Below are positions 33,943-47,517 of a DNA stretch of 64,000 nt, in pieces. Location: NCBI GenBank assembly GCA_963771175.1, contig CAVYSY010000026.1, positions 288,001 through 352,000 of the forward strand. The letters are read 5' to 3'. The position numbers were made by a program, and so were the translations under genes. This stretch comes from an uncultured delta proteobacterium. Its GTDB lineage: Bacteria; Myxococcota; Myxococcia; Myxococcales; Myxococcaceae. Positions within the stretch are counted from its first letter, which is position 1; each line of letters opens with the position of its first letter. The notes under the pieces are model-generated. The model had not been told where the DNA came from. It made no database searches and saw only the letters and a list, made by a program, of their open reading frames with translations.

Positions 33943-34392
33943 GCGGAGCCCTCATGCGCGTGCCCACCGAACGCCGGGAGCATTAACAGAATCTACAGGT
34001 GCGCCCTGACTCTCACGTCACTCGGCACAAGCCGCCGCACCCGCTGCGCGGCCCCGTGGGCATCGCGCGCCTCCACTGCCGCGCATCCGGTAGCGGAGGA
34101 CTCTCCCGCTGGAGCGCCGGGCCTCACCCGGACAGCATCGCTTGTACTTCCGTCCACTGCCGCGAGGACACAGTCCATCGCGAGATGACATGGCGCCGGC
34201 ACAAGCACCCCCGACTCACCACGTCGTCTCCGCCAGCCTTACCTCTCCTCCCCCTGCCCGACCCCGCGGGCACGGTCCCCGGACTTCTCCCACCTCGTTC
34301 CCCACACCTCTCTTCACCCCTCCATCACCCTGCCGTAGACTTCTGAACGCTCCGTCCCCGGAGCCCGCTCCCTCCACCCCAGGAGTCTCTTC

Positions 34393-35387
34393 TTGAACCG
34401 GCGCATCATCGGCCTGCTCGCCACCGTCTGCCTCGCCTCCGCCTGCTCGGAGAAGCCCGTTGGCCAGATGGAGCCCATTCCCCGTCCGCCCGGCATGGCC
34501 TCCGCCCCAGAGAAGGCCGAGGCCCCGGCCGCGAAGCCGACCCCCGCTCCCGCGCCGCCAGCGGATCCCTCCAAGGTGGTGATGCGCTGGAAGCTCGATG
34601 CCCCCATCGCCTTCCGCCTCACCACCACCTCCTCCTCCGCGCCAGAGCCGGCCGCCAAGGACAAGCAGCCCGAGCCCGCGGCCGGCGAGCGGAGACGTCC
34701 TCCATCTTCGTCCTGCGCAAGACCGACTCCGGTGAATACGCCGTCACCATCACCCCGCAGGGGCCGGGTGGCGAGGCGGACCAGGGCACCATGAGCGAGC
34801 GCGGCTTCGTGGTGGACGGGCTGTCCGGGCCGCTGCACACCACGGCGGCGCTGGTGCTGGAGCTGCCGTTGAACCCGGTGGGCAAGGGCGCCACCTGGGC
34901 GCTCGGCATGGACCTGCTGGACCTGAGCTCCGTGCCCAACTTCATCGAAATGAAGGGACTCCTGGGGCAGAAGGCCGAGCGACAGAATCAAGTGAAGCTC
35001 GTCGAGCTCACCCCGGCCGAGAACGGGGAGCAGGTGGCGACGCTCGAGTACGACCTCTCCGACAACATCTACGGCAACCTCCGTGGCGACCTCCGCGTCT
35101 ACAAGTCGGCCCCGAAGCCGGAGAAGAAGGACGCGGCCGCCAAGAAGGGCGAGGGCGAGGACGAGGTGGCCAAGCCCCCGCCGCTGCAGCCCGCCTCGGC
35201 CGAGGTGCGGGTGAAGGGCCGGGGCGAGTTCCTCGTGAAGGCGGGTCGCTGGCGCTCCTGGGAGGGCACCGTGACGACGACCACCGAGGGCGCCCTGCCC
35301 GGCCTGAGCGCCGGCGAGCGGAAGCTGCGCCTCACCCCGCTCGATGCGGTGCCGCCGGAGCTGCTGCCGCAACAGGCGAAGAAGTAG
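34393..35387 (+). CDS. Hypothetical lipoprotein (frameshift near 34690)
   Basis: Lipobox LASA-C, Pro/Ala linker; continues in ORF 34791-35387. Confidence 0.6.
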
Positions 35388-36425
35388 CAGCCGCCGCCTC
35401 CGACTCGCGGACGAGTCGGACCACGGCCTCCACCCAGGCGGGGTGCGAGTTGAGCGAGGGGACGAGGGTGAGGGACTCGCCCCCGCTCGCGAGGAACTGC
35501 TCGCGCCCGCGAATGGCCACCTCCTCCAGCGTCTCCAGGCAGTCGGCGACGAAGGCCGGGCACACCACCGCCAGACGCTTCACCCCGCGGGCGGCCAGCT
35601 CCGGCAGCACCACGTCCGTGTACGGCTGGATCCACGGGGTGCGGCCCAGGCGGGACTGGAAGGAGATGCTCCACCCCTCGGGCCCGAGCCCCAGCCGCCG
35701 GGCCAGCGCCCGCGCCGTGGCGAAGCACTGGGCGCGGTAGCAGTGGCGGTTCATCGTCCGTGAGGGCGTCGCAGCACCCGCCCGAGGCCAGGCAGTACCG
35801 CCCCGAGGGGTCGCTCTTGCGGATGTGGCGCTCGGGCACGCCGTGGAAGCTGAAGAGGACGTGGTCCGCCCGCGTTTCGGCGATGACGGGGCGCGCCACC
35901 TCGACGAAGGCCTCCAGGAAGGCCGGGTGGTCGTGGAACGCCGGCACCACCCGCACGTTGGGCACGTCCCAGGGCTCGGACAGCACCTCGTAGATGCGCG
36001 CCAGGGAGGAGCCCGAGGAGGACGGCGCCTCCTGCGGGTAGAGGGGCATCACCGTGAAGTCCGTCACCCCGCGCTTGCGCAGCCGGGCCACCGCGTCCGG
36101 CAGGGACGGGTTGCCGTAGCGCATGGCGAGCTCCACCTCGTACTCACCGGCCAGCCGCTGGGCCACGGCGGCCTCCAGGGCGCGCGAGTGCACCATCAGC
36201 GGCGAGCCCTCCTTCATCCACACCTTGCGGTAGGCGTCGCGCGCTCTTCGGCGGGCGGAAGGGCAGGATGATGCAGTTGAGCAGGAACCAGCGGCCCACC
36301 GGGTGGAGGTCCACCACGCGCGGGTCACTGAGGAACTCGCGCAGGTAGCGGCGCACGGCGCCGGTCTCGGGGGCGTCCGGCGTGCCCAGGTTGACCAGCA
36401 GCAGACCCTTGCGATTGGCGGTCAT
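35332..36425 (-). CDS. hemH: Ferrochelatase (frameshifted)
   Basis: [58 protein letters not shown]. Confidence 0.92.
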
Positions 36426-36431
36426 GTCCTG

Positions 36432-36816
36432 TCAGTGCAGGGAATGGGGTTGGGTGAGGGCGAACTCGCCAATCCGCGCCTCGAACTGGCGTCCGTCCGG
36501 GCGCTCCATGGTGTAGATGCCCGCGCATGGAGCCGAAGGGCGTGCGCAGCTGGGCCCAGCTCGTGTACTCGAAGCGCTCGCCTGGACCCAGGCGGGGCTG
36601 CTTGCCGACCACGCCCTCGCCCTTCACCTCCTCCACCTTCCCGGTGGCGTCGGTGATGATCCAATGGCGGCCGCGAAGCTGCGCCGGCTCTCCGCCCACG
36701 TTGAGGATCTCCACCGTGTACATGAAGGCGTACCGGTGGGACTCGGGGGTGCTCCGCTCCGGCCAGTAGGCGGGCTTCACGGTGATGCGGATGCCTTCGG
36801 TGATGACGGAGGACAT
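36432..36816 (-). CDS. apaG: ApaG protein (frameshifted)
   Basis: YAFMYTVEI, RHWIITD, GEGVVGKQP, FEYTS, GSMRG. Confidence 0.88.
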
Positions 36817-36877
36817 GCCACACAATTGGCCGGCTCGCCGCCCGGACGCAAGCCCAACGCGCCAGCCACCCGAGCGC

Positions 36878-37864
36878 TCAGGGGTTGGTGCCTTTCCGAT
36901 CCCCCTGGGACTGCGCCGGCACCTCGGGCGACCTCCCGCTTCGGCCAGATGAGCGAGGCCACGATGGAGGCCACCAGCACCCCGCCGATGATGCCCAGCG
37001 ACAGCCCGATGGGGACGTGGATGCCGAAGCACCAGGGGCAGCAGCATCTTCGTGCCCACGAAGCCGAGGATGACGGCGAGGCCCACCTTGAGGAGGTGGA
37101 ACTTGTCCATCAGGCTCGACACCACGAAGAAGAGCGAGCGCAGGCCGAGGATGGCGCACACGTTGGACGTGTAGACGATGAAGGCGTCCTGGCTGATGCC
37201 CAGCACGGCGGGGATGGAGTCCAGGGCGAAGAGCAGGTCCGTGGCCTCCACCACCAGCAGCACCAGGAAGAGCGGGCGTCACCTTGCGCCGGCCGTCCTC
37301 GACGGTGAAGAAGTTGTTGCCCTCGCCCTGGCGGGCCACCGGGAGCATGCGCCGGGCCACCCGCACCACCAGCGTGCTGCTCGGGGTCCGCGGCGTCCTC
37401 ATCCTTGGAGAACCCCATCTTCACCGCGGTGAAGACGAGGAAGCCGCCGAAGATGTAGAGCAGCCAGTGGAAGCGGTGGACGAGCGCGGTGCCGGCCAGG
37501 ATGAGGGCGGCGCGCATGATGAACGCGCCGATGATGCCCCAGAAGAGCACCCGGTGCTGGCACCTCCGGCGGCGACCCGGAAGTAGGCGAACACCATGAG
37601 GAAGACGAAGAGGTTGTCGACCGAGAGCGCGTACTCGACGACGTAGGCCGTCACCCACTGGAGGGACTGGGCCTTGTCCCAGAAGCCGAAGTACCAGAGG
37701 CCCCCGCAGAAGAGCATGCTGAGGGTGATCCACACACCCGTCCAGATGCCGGCCTCCTTGGGCGAGACCGCATGCTCCTTGCGGTGGAAGAGACCCAGGT
37801 CCATGGCGAGCATGGCCACCACAAAGAGGTTGAAGCCCAACCAGAGCGCGGATTGTGTATTCAC
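36878..37864 (-). CDS. TerC/Alx family metal homeostasis membrane protein (frameshifted; 3' end uncertain)
   Basis: EYALSVDNLFVF, QHRVLFWGIIGA, DLLFALDSIPAV, TSNVCAILGLR. Confidence 0.85.
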
Positions 37865-37945
37865 GAGCGAGTTTCCCTGAGCCGGCAGACGGCGGACGTC
37901 ACCCTATAACGGGCAGGCGCCCCCGCCGTCGATATCCTTGCGCGT

Positions 37946-40115
<2,170 letters not shown>

Positions 40116-40119
<4 letters not shown>

Positions 40120-43100
40120 CCATCGCTCCTCTCCAGCAGCACCACCGGGAAGCCGGCCAGCAGCGGCGCCAGGGGAAGCACCACGCTCCCCGCCCGACGC
40201 CCCGGCCGGACCTCTCGTCCGGTGAACACATCCCGGAACGACATGCTCGCATAGGACTCGGGCAGATCCAGGGACGTTTCCTCATAGGCCCCAGCAAGGC
40301 CGCTGGGGGACTCCAGGGCCGGGAGCGTGAAGCGCGGTGCGGCAGCGAGGACGACGGCCCGCTCGTACTCGCGGGCGAAGGCCACCACCGCGTCCGCGCG
40401 CGGGCCCACCGCGTCGAGCGCCCGGTAGCCGCCGTGGCGGAAGACGGCCGCCTGGCGCTGGCGCAGGCGCAGGGCCTCGGCCAGCACGAAGAGCTTGATG
40501 CGCCCGTCGTCCATGTCCGCGACCAGCCGCGAGCACAGCCCGAGCCGATCCGCCTCGGCCTCGCGCTCCAGCGCCTCCAGCATGCCGAGCGCGAAGGCCG
40601 TAGTCCACCGGCCGCCGGTTGTCGGGGTCCACGAGGGACAGGTCCCACAGCTCGCAGCCCTGGTAGGTGTCCACCACCCCGGGCGAGCCGAGCTTCATCA
40701 GCAATTGACCCAGTGCGTTGTGCTGCCCGGGCCGCTCGATGCGGCGCTTGAAGGCACGGAGGTCGTCCAGGAAGGCGCGGCTGACGCTCGCGTCCAGGCA
40801 GGCGTCCACGAAGCGCGACACGCCCTCCTCGTAGGCCGGGTCCGGGTTGGTCCAGGAGGTGCGGACCTTGGCCTCCTTGATGGCCTTGAGCATGTAGTCG
40901 CGGACGCGGCGGCGGAGCTCCGCCAGCTCCGCCTCGGAGAGGGACTCGCCCATGGGCCAGACGCCCACCGCCGTCTGGTAGAAGAGGTACTCGTCGTTGC
41001 GGCTGGGGGCGCCGCCCCCGGGGAGCCGCGTGCGGTGCGACGCCGTGAGCTGCGACCAGCGCTGCACCCGCTGGCGCCACTCGTCGGGCACCTCGGAGAG
41101 GACGTTGAGGCGCGCCCGCACGTCCTCGCTGCGCTTGGTGTCGTGCGTGCTGGTGGTGAGCATGCTCGCCGGCCAGTGCTCCGCGCGCTCCTGGTTGCGC
41201 AGGTGGAAGGTCGGCGGTGGTGCCGAAGTGCTCCGGCTCCCCGCCCACCTCGTTGAGGGCGACGAACCGGGTGTAGATGTAGAAGACGGTGTCCTCGAGC
41301 CCCTTGGCCATCACGGGGCCCGTCACCTGCTGGAGCTTCATGGCGAAGCGCAGCATCTCCGCCCGCTCATGAGGCCCCAGGTGCCCCGGGTAGCGCCGCA
41401 GCAGCACGTCCCGCAGGAAGTCGAAGATGGTGGCGTTGAGGGTGGCGTTGCGCTCCTTGGCGCGCTGCGAGCGTCTCCTGGATGTAGCGCACGTCGCGCT
41501 CGTCCAGCTCCGGCCGCCAGTCGTCCACGTAGGTGCGGTAGACCGGGAAGAGCGCGATGAACTCGGCCAGTGCCCGCCGCAGGCTGTTGAGGGTGAAGTC
41601 GCGCGTGCGCCGGTTGATCTCCGAGACGCGGTTGAGCCGGTGGGCGAGCATGTTCAGCTCGCTCGACATGAAGTCGCGCAGGATGAGGCGCTTCTTCTCG
41701 TAGACCAGCTCGTCGAAGTCCGGCGACTGGCCGATGAAGCGGTGGTACGTCTCCGTCAGCGGCTCCCGAGCGTCCGGCCGGACGAAGATGCCGCACACCA
41801 CGTTGGCGAAGCGGTAGCCGGTGGTGCCGTGCACCGCCCAGCCCTCGGGGATGCGCTCGCGGCCTCCCTGAATCTTCTCCACCACCACGTAGAGCGCCTT
41901 GCGCAGTGGCGAGTCCAGGCGCGCCCCCGCCTCCGCCTGCCAGCGCTCGCGCAACCGCAGCTCCACCTCTGGCCAGAGCGCCGCCTGGGCCCCGTGCTCG
42001 GCCTCGAAGACGGCCCGCGCCCGCTCCAGGAAGTACTGCTCCTGCAGGTTGAGGAAGTAGGCCGTCGGATCGAAGAGCCCGTCCGGGTGATCGATGCGCA
42101 GCCCGGTGACGCAGCCCTCGCCCAGCCAGTCGAAGATGCAGCTGGTGCGCCTCGTCGAAGACCTCCGGGTCCTCCACCCGGATGGCGGCCAGCCCGTTGA
42201 TGTCGAAGAAGCGACGGTAGTTGATCTCCTCGCCCGCCACGCGCCAGTGGGCCAGCCGGTAGCTGCACCCCTCGAGCAGCGCGTCCAGCTCGTCGAAGCT
42301 GCGCGGGTCGCCCGGACGGCCGTTGAGGGCCTCCACGTTGGCGGCGATGTGGTCCGCCACCGCGAGGCTGGACTGGACGAGGGCCGCCAGCCGGCGCTTG
42401 ATGACCTCCTTCTCGCGGTTGCGCTCGACGACCTTGGCGCGCTCGGTCTCGGTGCGAGCGGGCAGGTGGTGGATGGCGGTGAGGATGGAGTGGCAGCTCG
42501 AGGAGGTGCGGCTCCTCCGCGCCCAGCCGGCCCTCCAGCCCCTCCAGGTTGCGCCGCAGCACCCGCTCGTACTGCCGGGGAGCCACCGGGAAGCAGCCGG
42601 TCGTAGTAGTGGATGAAGAAGGCGCCGTCCCGGAAGCCCAGCTCGCAGCTCGCCCCGCTCGAGCACCACGCCGTACTGGTCCCCGAGCACCGGCAGCAGC
42701 ACCTTGTCCAGCAGCTCCTCCTTCACCGGATGCCAGTCGATGTCGAAGAAGCGCGCGTAGAGGGACGCGGGGCCGTTCTCCAGCACGTCGAACCACAGCG
42801 GGTTGAGGCGCTCGATGCCCATGTGGTTGGGCACCACGTCCAGGACCTGACCCAGGCCCTGCTGCGCGCACGGCGGAGCAGAAGGCCGCGTGCTCCTCGG
42901 GCGAGCCCACCTCGGGGTTGAGCTGCTTGTGGTCCACGCAGTCGTAGCCGTGCGTGCTGCCCGGGCGTCGCCTTGAGGTAGGGCGAGCAGTACACGTCCG
43001 TCACCCCCAGCCGCGCCAGGTAGGGCACGACCTCCCGCGCCGCGGAGAAGGGGAAGCCCTTGTGCAGTTGCAGCGCGATAGGTGGACAGGGGCGTGGCGC

Positions 43101-43203
43101 GCCCCAGCAACTCCTCCCGCACGCGCGAGTACACCGTTCCGGCCAGGGCCTCCGCGCCCCTCCCGCCCACCTCACCCGCTACGTCCATCCCCTCGAGTCG
43201 CAT
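40116..43203 (-). CDS. treY: Malto-oligosyltrehalose synthase, many frameshifts
   Basis: [71 protein letters not shown]. Confidence 0.92.
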
Positions 43204-43366
43204 GGCCCCCGTCGTAGGCGCACCGCGCCACACTGACCACCACGACGAGGCCGTTCCGCCAGCTATCCAACGCTCTCCGAGCTTCCGAGCCCGCAAGTGC
43301 AGAGGGCCCGCCACTCTCGTGACGAGCCCTCCGAAGGACAGCAACCGGTCATCCCGGAGATGCGGC

Positions 43367-43703
43367 TCAGCTCAGCTGCTTGTTCACCAGCGCCGTCATC
43401 TCGAACATGGTGACGGACTTCTTCCCACCGAAGATGGGCTTGAGCTTGTCGTCGGCGTTGATCTGCCGCTTGTTCTTCGCGTCCTGGAGGTTGTTCTTCT
43501 TGATGTAGTCCCAGATCTTGCTTGACGACCTCGGTGCGCGGAAGCGGCTTGTTCCCGACGATCTCCGCCAGAGCGGCGGACGGGGTCATCTCCTTCATGA
43601 ACGCGGCGTTCGGCTTGCGCTTGGCACCAGCGGCCTTCTTGGCGGCAGGAGCCTTCTTGGCGGCAGGGGCCTTCTTCGCGGCGGTGGTCTTCTTGGCGGC
43701 CAT
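43367..43703 (-). CDS. SWIB/MDM2 domain protein with histone H1-like AAKK N-terminal tail (frameshift near 43520)
   Basis: [47 protein letters not shown] repeats. Confidence 0.85.
43633..43700. repeat. About 4 copies of an 18-bp coding tandem repeat (AAKKAP)
   Basis: gccttcttggcggcaggr-like units at 43633, 43651, 43669 and 43687. Confidence 0.75.
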
Positions 43704-43899
43704 TCGGTTCGGATCTCCTCCCCCCTATCGAGTGTCCGGGGGCGTTGCACGGCTTGTTCACAGCCAGAGCCGTCGGGCGCCTCCTAGCACGCCCGAGGCC
43801 GAAAATCAGCCCTCCGCTGCATTTTTCCCTCTGAGGGCCGAGGGGAAAATAGTGTTTCTCCCTCGGAAAGGAAGAGTGTTTTCTCTGGAGAAGCACACC

Positions 43900-44886
43900 A
43901 TGGTGAACACACTCGTCACTGGCGCGAACGGTTTCCTCGGCTCCTGGCTGGTGCGAGCGCTCACCGCACGAGGCCAGGAAGTGGCCTGTCTGCTGCGCCC
44001 CGGAAGTGACGTCTCGAGTCTCGTCGGGCAGCGCTACGAGACTGTAGCGGGGGACGTGACGGACGCGTCCAGCCTGGCGCGAGCGGTGGAGGGCCGGGAC
44101 GTGGTCTTCCACCTGGCGGGCATCCGCCGAGCCGCCAACCGTGAGGACTTCTTCAGGGTGAACGCCGAGGGGACGCGGCTGCTGTGCGAGGCCCTGGTGG
44201 CCGCCCCCGGGCCTCGCAAGCCCCGACTGGTGCTGGCCGGCTCGCTCGGCGCCTCGGGGCCCTCCACCCGCGAGCGGCCCAGGGTGGAGGAGGATCCGTT
44301 CCAACCCGCGGAGTGGTATGGCGAGAGCAAGGCCGAGGCCGAGCGCATCGTCTTCTCGTACGCGGACCGGCTGCCGGTGACGGTGGTGCGTCCGCCCCGC
44401 ATCGTGGGGCCGGGGGACCGCGAGAACCTCCTCATCTTCAAGCTGGTGGCGAGGGGCCTGCGGTTGGAGCTGGGCGGAGGCCCCCGGCCGTTGACGCTGG
44501 TGGACGTGGAGGACGTGGTGGACCTGCTCCTGCTGCTGGCGGAGCGAGACGAGGCCGTGGGCCAGGCCTTCTTCGTGAGCCACCCCCAGCCGCTCACCCT
44601 GGAGGAATTGCAGGACCTGACGGCCGAGGCGCTGGGGGTGAAGCCGCGCACGGTGCGCCTGTCCCCCGCCGTGCTGACGGCCCTGGCGACCGTGGCGGAC
44701 GGGGTGACGCGGGTGACGGGCCGTCGCCTGCCCCTCAACCGGAAGTTCGCGCGTCAGCTCCTGGTGCCGGCCTGGACGTGCTCGAGCGCCAAGGCCGAGC
44801 GGCTGCTGGGCTTCCGCGCCACGCGGAATCCGGCCGACTCCATCCGCCGCAGCGCCCACTGGTACAGGGAACACGGGTGGCTGTGA
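43900..44886 (+). CDS. elbA: NAD-dependent epimerase/dehydratase, ElbA-like
   Basis: TGANGFLG, HLAG, YGESK; position at the head of the elb cluster. Confidence 0.75.
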   Translation: MVNTLVTGANGFLGSWLVRALTARGQEVACLLRPGSDVSSLVGQRYETVAGDVTDASSLARAVEGRDVVFHLAGIRRAANREDFFRVNAEGTRLLCEALVAAPGPRKPRLVLAGSLGASGPSTRERPRVEEDPFQPAEWYGESKAEAERIVFSYADRLPVTVVRPPRIVGPGDRENLLIFKLVARGLRLELGGGPRPLTLVDVEDVVDLLLLLAERDEAVGQAFFVSHPQPLTLEELQDLTAEALGVKPRTVRLSPAVLTALATVADGVTRVTGRRLPLNRKFARQLLVPAWTCSSAKAERLLGFRATRNPADSIRRSAHWYREHGWL

Positions 44887-44903
44887 GGGACGCGTCGTCG
44901 GAG

Positions 44904-45007
44904 TCGCTTGTAGACGTCTACGAGTGAAGGGCAATCCATATGTAGGATAAACCCGGTTTCACTTGTAGACGTCTACAAGCGAGCCGCTTCTAGACGTCCA
45001 GAAACAG
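44904..45007. repeat. Palindromic REP-like cluster (CTTGTAGACGTCTACAAG), 3 copies
   Basis: Copies at 44904-44927, 44959-44982 and a degenerate one at 44984-45007. Confidence 0.85.
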
Positions 45008-45158
45008 CTCGCTCGCCCCCGCACCGGATGCGCATGCGCTGACTCGTCGGGTCCTCCACCGCGAACCACTCTACGCACCGCGCCTGCTCGGCCGCCCTGT
45101 CCAACGACCTCCGCGCCTTCTCTCTCCCATTCGCCGAATTCCGGGCCGTTTAGCGCGG

Positions 45159-45184
45159 TTGACACATGCCTGATTCCAGTGTCA
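45159..45184 (+). promoter_or_regulatory. Putative promoter/operator upstream of elbB
   Basis: TTGACA at 45159 overlaps the inverted repeat TGACAC-N13-GTGTCA; -10 element is poor. Confidence 0.35.
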
Positions 45185-45200
45185 GGAAGCCCGCCAGCCC

Positions 45201-45866
45201 ATGCCCGCGAAAGCCGCCTTCTACGATGTCGACGGGACGTTGATCAAAACCAACGTCGTCCACGTCTACGCCTATTACGCCATGAACCGGGGCTCCCTCC
45301 TGGGCATCGCCGGGAGGACCCTGGCCACTGCCGCCAGCGTGCCCCTCTTCGCCGCAATGGACGCGTTGGACCGGAAGACCTTCAACGAGTTCTTCTACCG
45401 GTACTACGCCGGCCTCTCCGAGGACCGCCTCATCTCCATCGCCGAGGACATGTTCGAGGACGTGCTCAAGCCCGCCATCTACGAGCAGACGCGCGACCTC
45501 ATCGACCAGGCGCGCCGGGTGGGCTGCCGCATCGTGCTCGTCACCGGAGCGCTGGACTTCAGCATGCGCCCGCTGGCCCGCTACCTGGGCGCCGACGACA
45601 TGATCGCCAACAAGATGCAGTTCGTCGGCGGCAAGGCCACCGGCAAGGTCATCCCCCCCATCATCGAGGGGGCGAACAAGGCCAACGCCATCCGCTCCTA
45701 CTGCGTCCGCGAAGGCCTGGCGCTCGATCAGTGCCACGGCTATTCCGACAGCTCTTCTGACTACGCCATGTTGTCCGTGGTCGGGCGGCCCAACGCCGTC
45801 AACCCGGACATGCGGCTGCGTTCCATCGCCCGGGCCTACAACTGGCCCATCCTCGACCTCAAGTAA
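45201..45866 (+). CDS. elbB: HAD-IB family hydrolase, ElbB-like
   Basis: FYDVDGTL, VTGA, K, YSDSSSD motifs; elb context. Confidence 0.82.
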   Translation: MPAKAAFYDVDGTLIKTNVVHVYAYYAMNRGSLLGIAGRTLATAASVPLFAAMDALDRKTFNEFFYRYYAGLSEDRLISIAEDMFEDVLKPAIYEQTRDLIDQARRVGCRIVLVTGALDFSMRPLARYLGADDMIANKMQFVGGKATGKVIPPIIEGANKANAIRSYCVREGLALDQCHGYSDSSSDYAMLSVVGRPNAVNPDMRLRSIARAYNWPILDLK

Positions 45867-45884
45867 GGAAAGCCTCCGCTCACC

Positions 45885-47498
<1,614 letters not shown>

Positions 47499-47517
47499 GT
47501 CCCCCGAGCCCCCCACG

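Noticed and set aside
33943..34392. Short direct repeats (tccactgccgcg x2, cggcacaagc x2) and a pyrimidine-rich tract as att sites or ncRNA
   Set aside because: Too short for GC-rich DNA and they do not bracket the toxin cassette
44904..45007. Mini-CRISPR array (24-bp repeats with ~30-nt spacers; also at 63194)
   Set aside because: Only 2-3 copies per locus, inverted rather than direct orientation, variable spacing, and no cas genes or leader in the window
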